64,000 nt of DNA from a virus. Lineage: Duplodnaviria; Caudoviricetes. The stretch spans positions 1 through 64,000 of the IMG/VR virus record IMGVR_UViG_3300020049_006862; one strand, 5' to 3'. Every line of letters starts with the position of its first letter. The stretch's first letter is position 1. The notes beneath the pieces were generated by a model that saw nothing but the letters and a program-made list of their open reading frames with translations, did no database searches and was not told the DNA's origin. Both the position numbers and the translations under genes were made by a program. This document shows, piece by piece, positions 8,694-18,559 of the stretch.

Positions 8694-8889
8694 AATCGAA
8701 GCTGTTACCCAAGAGATTCTGCACCAGGGAACTAACGGGTATGTGGCAATCATTGAAGACACTCAGGTTTTTATTAACCAGACTCGTCGACAACTACAAA
8801 TGGAAGACAGTCCAGCATTTGTTTACGTAGATGCTGAAACGGACGAACAAGTTGAACTACTGAAGATTAAATCAATCACCGAAGAATAA
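8674..8889 (+). CDS. hypothetical protein
   Basis: 71-aa ORF in operon. Confidence 0.6.
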   Translation: MRKERIKIEAVTQEILHQGTNGYVAIIEDTQVFINQTRRQLQMEDSPAFVYVDAETDEQVELLKIKSITEE

Positions 8890-8991
8890 GCAGGAGGGGG
8901 TCGATCAAAGGATTGGCTCGGAAAAGCTAATGGAGTAAAGAAATGCAATCCCTTTGCCTCCTGTTTTTTTAACAAAAAGAAAAAAGTGCTT

Positions 8992-9303
8992 ATGAATCAA
9001 AAGAAGAGACTCCTGCTTGTTAAGCAGCCAGCATTTGTGCGCACCCTTCAAGGGTGGGAAGTAAATGTTTATCTACTGAATAAGTTGGTAGCGAAAATCA
9101 TTACCCTACGACTGGTAGAGGAGAAAGAAAAGATTCGGATTGAAGAGTTCACCTTTATGGTTCTTCGCGACGAAGAATTAAGGGTAGTAGGATTAACTCC
9201 TGTACCTTATGTTGGAACCCCGACTGAACTGGAAACGGCTGTATTAGAATTCGCCAGGCAGGATGCCGATGGTATTCTCACTTACGCCACAAACATTTAT
9301 TAA
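8992..9303 (+). CDS. hypothetical protein
   Basis: ORF with A-rich leader. Confidence 0.6.
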   Translation: MNQKKRLLLVKQPAFVRTLQGWEVNVYLLNKLVAKIITLRLVEEKEKIRIEEFTFMVLRDEELRVVGLTPVPYVGTPTELETAVLEFARQDADGILTYATNIY

Positions 9304-9428
9304 CACACTATTGAGCAAACCCACCGTCCTTGGTGAAGGTACGAACTTATCCCCCACTCTTCGGGGATTGGCAGTCGAGGCTGCCCCCAAGGTCCTATTT
9401 CATCACACTAACAAAAAAACTGATTACC

Positions 9429-9647
9429 ATGATTATCGACACGAACAATCCGATTGTCGTTACTCGCGCTATTGAAGACGCAAGAAACGCGATTAAGAAT
9501 GAGTACGAAACTGCATTGTATTCTTTGATGACCTCATTAAAATGTACACGCAAAGAGCTGCTTGAATTCATGCAATCTACTGATGGAAAACAAACATTAG
9601 TTGACTGGGTAGCTGAAGAACAAGATGTTACTGCGAATGCTTTGTAA
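9429..9647 (+). CDS. hypothetical protein
   Basis: ATG 9429 after A-rich leader. Confidence 0.6.
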   Translation: MIIDTNNPIVVTRAIEDARNAIKNEYETALYSLMTSLKCTRKELLEFMQSTDGKQTLVDWVAEEQDVTANAL

Positions 9648-9838
9648 CCTGCTGTTTGCAGGATATGTGCTTACGATGGATGGATTGGGTTTAGTGATCT
9701 TAATGAGGATCGTAAACAAAATCTACAACTTACCGGACCTTATTGACGTTTTATTATTCTTCATGCCATTTCTTTACTGCATTTATGCAGTGGTGGATGT
9801 GGTATTTACCCCTATTCGACAAACAAGACTAAAATAAG

Positions 9839-10351
9839 ATGTTACGAAGACTCAGTCGATGGTTTGCGAACCATGCGCTGGCTATGGACTTTGTTATGTA
9901 CCATACCAGCAACAGATTTTTCAATCACGAAACTCTTCAGAAATTCTTAAACGATTTTCAGGAGGCTTATCGTGATTTACCAGGGGGCAGTATTATGGAC
10001 TACAACTGCGAGGAAACTCACGGTTATACAGCCTTTTTCCTCCGTAGATACTTTGAGAAGGTCTATATGACCGCTACTGCATTCGATTGGATTGAAAAAA
10101 CTTACGGTAATGATGGTAAATACGGTCGGATAAAACTTGATGTCAAGATAGACATTATTGTATTTCGTTTTGGTACTATCAGAACTAAGTTCCCATTTAG
10201 CATGGGGCAAGTGTTGTACTTAAACGAACAACAAAAGTCTGAAATTGAAAAGTTGAACATTTTTCTCAAACCTATAAAAGCAAACTTTTATGAAATTACG
10301 TGCGATGGCCACAGCGGTGGCGCTGTTGATCTCGTTGATTCAGGCATTTAG
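9839..10351 (+). CDS. hypothetical protein
   Basis: 170-aa ORF. Confidence 0.65.
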   Translation: MLRRLSRWFANHALAMDFVMYHTSNRFFNHETLQKFLNDFQEAYRDLPGGSIMDYNCEETHGYTAFFLRRYFEKVYMTATAFDWIEKTYGNDGKYGRIKLDVKIDIIVFRFGTIRTKFPFSMGQVLYLNEQQKSEIEKLNIFLKPIKANFYEITCDGHSGGAVDLVDSGI

Positions 10352-11006
10352 CCAGCCCTCTATGGAGGATATTTGCGGTAACCGCTTTATGACCCGAACC
10401 TACTGGGACGTGATGACGGTTCGCAACCGAATGGACCCAGAAGGCAACATCCAGGATCGGGACACAAATTATACGGTGACTTACGAAATTTATTCCCTGG
10501 ATTCCAATGCCTTGTTAATGGAAAACTCCATCGAACTTGAGTACAACATTGGTGAAACCGTGGAAATCCTTGCCGAAATTGACCTCTCCCCTTCCCGCAG
10601 CCAATTTATTCGTATACCTGGTGACGAAACTGCTCATCCAGAACAGGTATCTATCGTCAATCCAAAAGACGTAAAGCTGCTTATCATTGACGGCTACGTT
10701 CTCTATCAACAGGGCTCCCAGCCTTATGAGCGAATTAATATCGTTGCACCCTATTACGAATACGACAATGGAGGTGTTATTGGAAGTCAACCAATCCGGT
10801 CTCTTATTATTCAAAGTCATCCATATATTGACAATGACGGCGCCCTTTCGATTATTCGAATATCGCTTATGGAAGCGCATGACGGATTTAAATCCGGAAG
10901 CATTTCAAGATGGTATGTTGGTAGCGACGAATTTACCAGCACCAACCACCAGGTAACTTTCATTTCGTTGACCGGGCAACAGTTTGTCCGCGTCAATAAA
11001 ACATAG
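10290..11006 (+). CDS. secreted protein
   Basis: Sec signal peptide ending QAFSQ; beta-rich body. Confidence 0.7.
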   Translation: MKLRAMATAVALLISLIQAFSQPSMEDICGNRFMTRTYWDVMTVRNRMDPEGNIQDRDTNYTVTYEIYSLDSNALLMENSIELEYNIGETVEILAEIDLSPSRSQFIRIPGDETAHPEQVSIVNPKDVKLLIIDGYVLYQQGSQPYERINIVAPYYEYDNGGVIGSQPIRSLIIQSHPYIDNDGALSIIRISLMEAHDGFKSGSISRWYVGSDEFTSTNHQVTFISLTGQQFVRVNKT

Positions 11007-11257
11007 GTTCGCATCAACGCGGATTCTATCATTGGCGTCAAAGATAGGGGCCATTATCAGTTGGTCATACTCATTACGTCTGCCGGGGAACGGGCAGTTT
11101 GCCAAGCGTAGTGAGTAAAGTAGCGTATGGCATAACTCTCAGAGAGTCGTCCTACGCTTATGATCCGTAATTCTTACTCTTGGGGTTATCCACTTTAGTG
11201 GGTAGTCTGACTAGGTAGAACTAGGTAGTGTTTGAGTTCGATTTTGGTCCCTTCTTT

Positions 11258-11305
11258 AGCTTTTTCTGGTCGGCAGAATAAGTGGTTCAATTCCGCTAAA
11301 AGCAC
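11258..11305 (+). ncRNA. minimal tRNA-like RNA (second example of the architecture)
   Basis: GCTTTT/AAAAGC stem, TCTG-gtcgg-CAGA hairpin, AGTGG-TTCAATT-CCGCT T arm. Confidence 0.55.
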
Positions 11306-11338
11306 GAATTCATTATTTAACTAACAAAACGTAAGTTT

Positions 11339-12238
11339 ATGACTGAAGTAACGTTTAAATTGCAGAAGATCGTAGATCTCCACGAACTGATTGGAAAACC
11401 TTTAGTAGCCGTTCCAATGGCTCAGCGCGCTCGCGGCAAAGAGGGCGAAGAAGGCTCTGTTTCCGCTTTTCACAGCAAAATGCTGGCGCATGGCCTCTAC
11501 CAGGAATTCGAAAAGGAAGAAAACGGAATCAAGTCCCTGGGTCGCCGGGCCATCGTGATTGATGGTCGGGGTGTTGCCTTTGAAGATGTAGAAGGATTCG
11601 TCGGCGGTGGAATATTCATTGTCCGGGAAGTCGCATTGAGCCGGAAGAAACTGCCGAAGTTGATCGTTGGAACGATGAAATCGCCAAGAATGCTGGCGTG
11701 CCCCCCTTCTCACGTTTCGATGGAGATCGGCGAAGCCGGCATCTTGATCACCAGGAAATGGAACATCACCGATGTTGCCGAGTCGGTGTACACCATTCCA
11801 ACTCCGGAAGAGCAATTTGAGGTTGCCCTGAAGAAGATCTTTGAAGATCTGGAAATGATGCGGGATGCATTTTATTCCATTGACCTCGACGAAGTCGCTG
11901 CTCAGGAAGGCGAAGCTCATTTTTGCGACAAATATTTGGGACACGCCAAAGGCATTCTGAAAACTGACTTCCCGGAACTGACGCAAATGTTCGGCCCGAT
12001 GCCGGCATTTTCCATTGTCAATGGGTTGATGAAGCGCCTGGAATCAGAAACTACCCGCGTCGTTGCCGGCGAAGTATTCACTGAAAATCACCGGGCTATC
12101 GCTCAGCGCGTTGTGGAGGCCAGCCGCCCGCAGAGCACTCAACTGGTAACAGAAGAACAGATGGCGAAGTGGGCTTCGGAGTACGGGGTAGATTTCGAAA
12201 TCACCGAAACGAAGAAGACGGAGGTGAAAGCGGCGTAA
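11339..12238 (+). CDS. hypothetical protein
   Basis: 299 aa, higher GC than neighbours, own terminator at 12268-12295. Confidence 0.8.
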   Translation: MTEVTFKLQKIVDLHELIGKPLVAVPMAQRARGKEGEEGSVSAFHSKMLAHGLYQEFEKEENGIKSLGRRAIVIDGRGVAFEDVEGFVGGGIFIVREVALSRKKLPKLIVGTMKSPRMLACPPSHVSMEIGEAGILITRKWNITDVAESVYTIPTPEEQFEVALKKIFEDLEMMRDAFYSIDLDEVAAQEGEAHFCDKYLGHAKGILKTDFPELTQMFGPMPAFSIVNGLMKRLESETTRVVAGEVFTENHRAIAQRVVEASRPQSTQLVTEEQMAKWASEYGVDFEITETKKTEVKAA

Positions 12239-12337
12239 TGACTTAATGTTAAAAAATTTTCATATGTTGGAGGGGCCGTTTGCCCCTCCTTCTTTAGCTA
12301 TTCAATATTTTATTCTATTAACTTTAAATTTACAATA

Positions 12338-13132
12338 ATGGAAATCACGTCAACGAAAATCAAGATACTGAACTGTACCAAAACTCTCTATGGAATAATT
12401 GCCAAAGATGAGCAGGAAGACAATGTCCGAGTTGTGGTTTCCAAGAAGTCGGGGATCAAAACGGACATTAAAATTACTATGCGGAACCAAGAAGTCGTAG
12501 AGACCGAATTTGCGTATGCGCAGTGGAGGAACCCAGGATTCTACCATTTCTATATTCGTAACCCAAAAGGGATTCGAGGAATAGAAAGAGAATTTACGGA
12601 GCGATTTATGAATAAATTGTCTGTTGACTGTGAAGACGCTTTTAAAGATTTGAGTTTGGAAATGGTCCCAGCTCTCGATTCCGCGAAAATGTACTTTGTC
12701 ACGTCAAATAATTTGACTGTACAGTATACTGTACGGATGAAATTTGAAACGAAAGGTGAAATAGAAGGGACAGCTCGGGAAAAGAAGGCACAAATAGCTA
12801 AATTGGCGGAGCCTATTCTTCTGAAGCTACGTAGTCAAGTTTTCAATCTTGGAAAAGGGATTCACTCTGAGAGATTATTTGTTAAAGGGAATGAAATTGA
12901 AACCTTTTTAGCAGAGACAGTCAAAAGAATGAATCCGGAGATTACTGAACTGACATTTCAATTGAAACCAATAAAGTACACACTGAAAGTAACGACCTCA
13001 TTTGCCGAATTTTGTTCAGATGATGATTTACAGTATTATCTGCTTTTGCTTAACCAGGTAGGGGCTGAATTATTTAACAACAAAAACTCAAGACATTTCT
13101 ATGAACAATTTACGATTTCGAAGATTCCGTAG
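12338..13132 (+). CDS. hypothetical protein
   Basis: 264-aa ORF. Confidence 0.75.
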   Translation: MEITSTKIKILNCTKTLYGIIAKDEQEDNVRVVVSKKSGIKTDIKITMRNQEVVETEFAYAQWRNPGFYHFYIRNPKGIRGIEREFTERFMNKLSVDCEDAFKDLSLEMVPALDSAKMYFVTSNNLTVQYTVRMKFETKGEIEGTAREKKAQIAKLAEPILLKLRSQVFNLGKGIHSERLFVKGNEIETFLAETVKRMNPEITELTFQLKPIKYTLKVTTSFAEFCSDDDLQYYLLLLNQVGAELFNNKNSRHFYEQFTISKIP

Positions 13133-14084
13133 AACTCTCACGAAAATACGCAACATATATGGGATTGGCATTGGAGTTTTCATACCGATGTGGTGCGTAT
13201 TAAGTTTGAGCCTCCCTTCAAAGGAGGTAATCGCAATTAACGAACAACAGGAAAGATTACAGCAGTCCGTGTCTAACACGATTGTTGATACGCAGGAGAA
13301 GGTAGCTCTCGTTGAGCTACTGCCTCCGAAGAAATTGAACGATCTGATACCGATACTGGACTCCATATATCATCCGAAAAACAAAGACGGTCGCAAAGTT
13401 TTCAATGATTTCAAATATTTGGAATTTTGGAAACCTTCTGCTTGGTCTTTTGATGAACTATACGGCATTCCTTGGTCAGTAATTGTCACTGTGCCTCGGC
13501 TAGAGACACATGGGTATACTGAAGGTACTGGAAGAAAGGGAGGGGGAGCTGGTATAAAAGCTTACCCAGAACTATGGAGAACTGTAACCTTCAAAGGACA
13601 GCGCTATGTTTATAACGAAAGAGGTATCAAGGCTGTCGGTGTGAACCGAGGCCATGATATGAAAGAAGTATGGAGCACTGCTGTAGCATATAATAAATAC
13701 GATGCTACTTGGCATAGTATCTCAGACTTCTGCCGTTTCTTGCGTGGTATCTACTGGAATGGCGAATTAGATAAGAACGGGAATCCTATCCTTAAGGATA
13801 GGGAATCCATGTACGAAGGACGAGTCAAACGATGGATGGCTAAAGGTTGTTCTTACGAACAATCTTGGATCAATGCTATGGCTGCTGATGTTTTTCCATC
13901 AAAAAAGCAAAGGGCGTACCACACATCTGGTTGCTTATGCGTAGGAGACATGATTAGTAAATGCCGCCAAATACGGTTGGAATCCGCCAAGAAGAGATAC
14001 GACTGGCTATTAAAAAATGCTCTTGAAGGCGACGAAAGTTGCCTGACATACGAGTATCGTGAAGTTAAATTAGGTTCTCTATGA
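13101..14084 (+). CDS. membrane-anchored GH73/FlgJ-like glucosaminidase (divergent)
   Basis: N-terminal TM; YGIPWSV..LETHG, GIKA, KY..SISDFCRFL resemble GH73 motifs. Confidence 0.6.
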   Translation: MNNLRFRRFRRTLTKIRNIYGIGIGVFIPMWCVLSLSLPSKEVIAINEQQERLQQSVSNTIVDTQEKVALVELLPPKKLNDLIPILDSIYHPKNKDGRKVFNDFKYLEFWKPSAWSFDELYGIPWSVIVTVPRLETHGYTEGTGRKGGGAGIKAYPELWRTVTFKGQRYVYNERGIKAVGVNRGHDMKEVWSTAVAYNKYDATWHSISDFCRFLRGIYWNGELDKNGNPILKDRESMYEGRVKRWMAKGCSYEQSWINAMAADVFPSKKQRAYHTSGCLCVGDMISKCRQIRLESAKKRYDWLLKNALEGDESCLTYEYREVKLGSL

Positions 14085-14184
14085 GAGCGCAAAATAAATC
14101 CTTTCATGCCCGTCTTCGAACCACCATCGGTGGTAAGTTGCCCTACGTAGCGGGGTAGACCGCAAGGCGTGGAAGCGATCTAAA

Positions 14185-14250
14185 GGAAAGGGTACTTGTG
14201 AATGGTCTAAAAAACCTTCTCGGAGTAGGGGTCGAATCCCGCCCTTTCCC
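14185..14250 (+). ncRNA. degenerate tRNA-like element
   Basis: GGAAAGG/CCTTTCC acceptor stem and GGG-GTCGAAT-CCC T-like arm; no anticodon stem. Confidence 0.4.
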
Positions 14251-14265
14251 TAAAAATTAAATACC

Positions 14266-14421
14266 ATGGCAAAAGAAATTTTAAATGAATGCTTAGAATG
14301 CTTAGAGAATTGCGCAGAATGCCCAGGAAACGTGAAAAACTGGGAAAAAACATTTGCTCAATTTGCCGCGGAAAAAGAAGACGAGGAAGAAGATCTTCCT
14401 TTACCCTTCTATGCAGAATAA
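14266..14421 (+). CDS. small Cys-rich acidic peptide (51 aa, not in ORF track)
   Basis: ECLECLENCAECP...EKEDEEEDLPLPFYAE. Confidence 0.55.
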   Translation: MAKEILNECLECLENCAECPGNVKNWEKTFAQFAAEKEDEEEDLPLPFYAE

Positions 14422-14561
14422 GCAGAGGTGGGGCCGAAAAGTTACCTACTAAGTAAAAATCTCTCTTTTGGTTTGAGTCGTTTGAAGGCTTACTTTAAAG
14501 GGATAAAGGTTTTTATCTGAACGGTGATCAGTAGCCCCCACCTTTTTTACTAATTTATACC

Positions 14562-14960
14562 ATGAAAAAAAATATCATACTGCTAATATACGCGCTGCTA
14601 TTAGCAGCTACTTTCTTCTTCTTAATGAATCAGAAAGAAAGCGCCCCTAAGGCCTTCTATGGCCTTTACGCTACAATTGTGGTCTGCCATGATTTTGCAA
14701 GGGTAGCTACGCTACCCGATTCTACTGTAAATGCTCATGCCCATTTGTGGTTTTTTAGACTCTTTAAGCACTCTTTCGGGTATTACATCGTCAAAGCTAT
14801 GCGAGACGAGATCCGAGAGAATGTACTGAAAGAGTCTGTTTCCTTTGACCTAGATCAAGAATATAAGGAGATAGAAAGGTGGACCTTCAAGTGGGAAAAA
14901 GTAGTCACCAAATACACTGAGAAGATATATGCAAAACTCAATCAAAGGAGGACTGCCTAG
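14562..14960 (+). CDS. membrane protein
   Basis: N-terminal hydrophobic segments. Confidence 0.6.
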   Translation: MKKNIILLIYALLLAATFFFLMNQKESAPKAFYGLYATIVVCHDFARVATLPDSTVNAHAHLWFFRLFKHSFGYYIVKAMRDEIRENVLKESVSFDLDQEYKEIERWTFKWEKVVTKYTEKIYAKLNQRRTA

Positions 14961-15348
14961 CAGACTCCACCGAATGCGTGGAAATAACAGACATTTCAGA
15001 AGATTGGCTGCAGTTAAGAGGCAAACGGACGAAATTCGTGATCTTCATAATAAACTTTTAAGAATTCGCGATGCTCTACATGTTCTCCAAGATGAGTGGC
15101 TGACCCAAAGTGAAATAAATACTTTTCTCTTGATTTTAAATCAGGAAGAACATGACGCGTCAGCTGCTTTAGTAAATTTTAACACTTTGAAAGGCATGGA
15201 CATTATACCTGAGTTTAGCCGATATATTGTGGGAGTTTCAAGTTCTGTAAGACTACTTGCTCAGATTGCGCACTTCCAGGAAAACAATGCTTCGTTAACA
15301 AACGCTCTCACGAGCATAAAACTTAATAAGCTGAATGGTAATTTATAG
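14929..15348 (+). CDS. hypothetical helical protein
   Basis: overlapping operon ORF. Confidence 0.6.
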   Translation: MQNSIKGGLPSRLHRMRGNNRHFRRLAAVKRQTDEIRDLHNKLLRIRDALHVLQDEWLTQSEINTFLLILNQEEHDASAALVNFNTLKGMDIIPEFSRYIVGVSSSVRLLAQIAHFQENNASLTNALTSIKLNKLNGNL

Positions 15349-15697
15349 GCACTTGCCTGATGGAACCTTCTTAGCTTCCGACGGCATAAAAAGAAACAAA
15401 GTCTTTTCTGGCGATTACTCCTTAGGGATGATCGTTGACGATGAAGGCGTAGTCGACCAAAATATGGTCTGCGAGCTAATGCTTGGTCCGAAACGCACCA
15501 ATGTGCGAGTAGTTTCGGGCCTTGAAGCTGTTAAGCTCTGGAATACCTGTTTCGGTCAATTAGAGACGGAATTAGAGGAATACAAAACGGAAGAAGGAAA
15601 GTTGATTACTTTCCAAGCATACTTGGAGCGGATGTACGGGGAATCCTATGTGTTCATAGAATGGAGCGATTCGTTCTTAATCTTGAGTAGACAATGA
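15335..15697 (+). CDS. hypothetical protein
   Basis: ATGA overlap with next gene. Confidence 0.6.
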   Translation: MVIYRHLPDGTFLASDGIKRNKVFSGDYSLGMIVDDEGVVDQNMVCELMLGPKRTNVRVVSGLEAVKLWNTCFGQLETELEEYKTEEGKLITFQAYLERMYGESYVFIEWSDSFLILSRQ

Positions 15698-16254
15698 CGA
15701 GAAGTACCTGGATTACACGCGAACCTCCTATGATATGGAGAGCGTTCGGAGCAATAATCACCATAGTTTTTTGGTGCGCTGTTACGGGACTATCCTCTTT
15801 TTTGGCTACTCGAGAATTTAATATAGCTGTTGAAAAAGCTCTTCCTATTAAGGGGGAACTTATCATGGCTAAAGATGCAACTGAGGAAGATCTTTGGAAT
15901 TTGCTGGAACTTTATGAGATTCGTCACGCTGATTGGGTATTCACTCAAATGCAGCACGAAACGGACAAGTTTACGTCTAATGTGTTCCTGGATTGCAATA
16001 ATCCGTTCGGCATGAAATTGTCTAAACGAAGGAATGCGTCAACATGGTGCAGAAGACATGCGTACTTTACTTCTTTGAACATTGCGTTCAAGGACTTCAA
16101 AGAATATCAGGACTTATACATGGTACCGTATGAAGCTAGGAATGGAGCTTTCCAGACCATAGAAGACTACTTGGATTTTCTAGAACGAGCACATTATGCC
16201 GAAGATTCGGCATACAAAAAAAACGTGTCAAATCTTCATTATCAATCAAAATAA
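15694..16254 (+). CDS. GH73-family glucosaminidase with N-terminal TM
   Basis: QMQHET, NNPFGMK, YAEDSAY motifs. Confidence 0.8.
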   Translation: MTRSTWITREPPMIWRAFGAIITIVFWCAVTGLSSFLATREFNIAVEKALPIKGELIMAKDATEEDLWNLLELYEIRHADWVFTQMQHETDKFTSNVFLDCNNPFGMKLSKRRNASTWCRRHAYFTSLNIAFKDFKEYQDLYMVPYEARNGAFQTIEDYLDFLERAHYAEDSAYKKNVSNLHYQSK

Positions 16255-16262
16255 CTAACTTT

Positions 16263-17834
16263 ATGGGTATCGATTCGATTTTGACTTTGCTCTTTTTCTT
16301 GATTATTTGCGGCGTCGCGGTGTATTTCACCGCGCTGGTCCTCACCAAGAAAGGAGTAATTTCGCGGTCCGTTAAGGACATTGCGCAGGAAGTTGTTACA
16401 GCAAGCCAAGGAGTTGCTAACATTCAAATAGCTGCTTCTGGTAATTATCACGGGGAAAATCTCGATCTCTGGACGGCAGCTATAGCCAGAATGCTCCAGG
16501 GAAAAACGTTCGACATGAGGAACCCAGCATCCCCTCACCCGGACGAAGAGGTGGATATTGACGGAAAAAAACAGATTATCCGCTTTCAGAGCTACATCGC
16601 GTTTAATGTATTCCTGGATAAGCTGAAGGCCGCCGGTTTTATGTATGAAGAAGAGTGCCGCCAAGGCACAGTTGACGGAAAGGACGCAGTCGGTCTGAAA
16701 GTTTGGAAACCAAACTTACCAAATCAACCAATTTTTGTGAAGTTTGAAAGAATTTCAAGCATAAAATTGAAAAGTACTGCCGCCAAAATCATCTACGTCT
16801 TTAACGAGGCGTCTTATGTTTCTGGAGACGGTGAAATTGAAGCGGCTACATTCTTTGTATCCATGTACGATGCCAAACTCGCTAAAAACGGCGAACATCC
16901 AATCAAGTTTCATGACATTGAAGAGTGCGCAAAAGCATCGGAATTTTATATCGGCGAGGCTCACTCTCAGAATTCTGCGCTCATGCACCGATTGGTGTAC
17001 AATGAATCTCGCGGATCGTACCTTGATCCGGTCAGCCTGGACATGCATTGGAGTATCAAGCAGGAAGACGCGAATTATGCCGCCAATTTTATTCCTGAAG
17101 TTATCTTCCAGGAAGGCGACGTAAAGTCAACAAATTCCGGGCTGCATGCATGGCGAGTATTTCAGGCAATGATGTCCGCAACAAAGACTGATCCTGCGAC
17201 CGGGATGTTGCGTCCAGATGTTCGCAGCGTAATTATCACTGGCGCTGCAGGCACCGGAAAATCTCAACTCGTAAGGGCCTGGATTAGCTGGGCTGCAAAG
17301 CATTTGAACCTGCATTTCGTATTGGCCAGCAGCGATATCCTTCGCCTGCTTAGCTCTTCGGAATCATCTGCCAACATCAGAAACGCTTTCGAAAGCGACA
17401 AGAATTACGTCCTCGTCTTTGATGACGTGGACACGGACAAAGGATTAGACCTGAAGGCTCTGATCCCCTATATTGACTCCTCCCTGGCCGCGGCTATGCC
17501 ATGGTTACGTGGCGTAATCGTTGCGACGAATACTCCATTGAAGGAAATCAGTGACGTTCTGTATCGGACTGGTCGTTGCATTACGGCAGAATACAAAAAA
17601 TTCGATGCTCCCGGGGCAGTAAAATTGGTTAATCACCTGACTGATTCCAACCCGGATTTGAAGTGCGACCTTGCTACCTTGACTAATGCTGCCAGAAATG
17701 GGATCACGTTAGCTCAAATCTTGAGTCACGTGATTGGCAAAGGTTCTACAAATTCCCTTCGTAAGATTAAATCCGAAGTGCAGAAGGAATTTGCTGCCGG
17801 TACAACGGTCGAGTTGGAAGTAGAGAAAACTTAA
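16263..17834 (+). CDS. membrane-anchored AAA+ ATPase
   Basis: N-terminal TM, GAAGTGKS, VFDDVD, ATN, RTGR; terminator at 17844-17874. Confidence 0.8.
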   Translation: MGIDSILTLLFFLIICGVAVYFTALVLTKKGVISRSVKDIAQEVVTASQGVANIQIAASGNYHGENLDLWTAAIARMLQGKTFDMRNPASPHPDEEVDIDGKKQIIRFQSYIAFNVFLDKLKAAGFMYEEECRQGTVDGKDAVGLKVWKPNLPNQPIFVKFERISSIKLKSTAAKIIYVFNEASYVSGDGEIEAATFFVSMYDAKLAKNGEHPIKFHDIEECAKASEFYIGEAHSQNSALMHRLVYNESRGSYLDPVSLDMHWSIKQEDANYAANFIPEVIFQEGDVKSTNSGLHAWRVFQAMMSATKTDPATGMLRPDVRSVIITGAAGTGKSQLVRAWISWAAKHLNLHFVLASSDILRLLSSSESSANIRNAFESDKNYVLVFDDVDTDKGLDLKALIPYIDSSLAAAMPWLRGVIVATNTPLKEISDVLYRTGRCITAEYKKFDAPGAVKLVNHLTDSNPDLKCDLATLTNAARNGITLAQILSHVIGKGSTNSLRKIKSEVQKEFAAGTTVELEVEKT

Positions 17835-17883
17835 ACAAAAAATTAGGGAAGGGGTAAATTGATACCCCTTCCCTCTAAAGAAT

Positions 17884-18005
17884 TTGCAGTTTCACTTGGA
17901 AGTGGGGGTTCGAGCCCCTCCCGGACAGAAGAGCCGGTGGTGCAATGGTAGACGCCTGGCTAGCCAACATGCCAGTCCTAGAAAAAGTGAACTTGGTAAC
18001 TGCAA
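17884..18005 (+). ncRNA. circularly permuted tRNA-like RNA inside a long closing stem (Y RNA-like topology)
   Basis: T arm precedes closed acceptor-like hairpin and D-loop; closed by TTGCAGTT/AACTGCAA. Confidence 0.55.
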
Positions 18006-18130
18006 GGGGGCTCTGGTCGGGAGTAACCCACAGACGAAAGTGGGGGTGGTAGCGCCTGATAAGGAGTCCAATCCCTTGTCTTAAACAGTTTCTCGGCTAT
18101 CTCCCTTTTAACTTATTCAATATAAAAGTC

Positions 18131-18559
18131 ATGATAAAAGAAAATACTAAATTAGTTTTCTATGATGCTTATGTGACTATATTGGATTATTATCCTGAGA
18201 ACCACTTGTTTGAGATAGGAATATTAGATAATGATCGAATGGACGACGAAAATGTACATCCTGACCATTACGCATACAGCGAAATTCATAAATATCCGTC
18301 GTTTTTTATAGGAACTGTAGCTTCTCACTCTTGGGGAGCAAAATGGGGAGATGGTCTCAGAACTGCTAATGATCTAATAGGAACGCACATTGAAACGTCA
18401 CAACTTGAAGCATACTTTATAGGATGTTATAATAAAGATTTTCCAGACGCTATTCACTACGAATACTCCCCTGAATGGGGAAACAATTTCAACTTTTTTG
18501 TTCAAATAAATTCTCTTATATGCATCGTTTCCAGATCTTATTTTATATTCTCTGCTTAG
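18131..18559 (+). CDS. hypothetical protein
   Basis: 142-aa ORF. Confidence 0.6.
   Translation: MIKENTKLVFYDAYVTILDYYPENHLFEIGILDNDRMDDENVHPDHYAYSEIHKYPSFFIGTVASHSWGAKWGDGLRTANDLIGTHIETSQLEAYFIGCYNKDFPDAIHYEYSPEWGNNFNFFVQINSLICIVSRSYFIFSA

Noticed and set aside
11004-11111. TAG readthrough giving the secreted protein a T9SS-like C-terminal tail
   Set aside because: The 34 extra codons only loosely resemble a CTD, the region is explained by strong RNA stems, and there is no other TAG readthrough.
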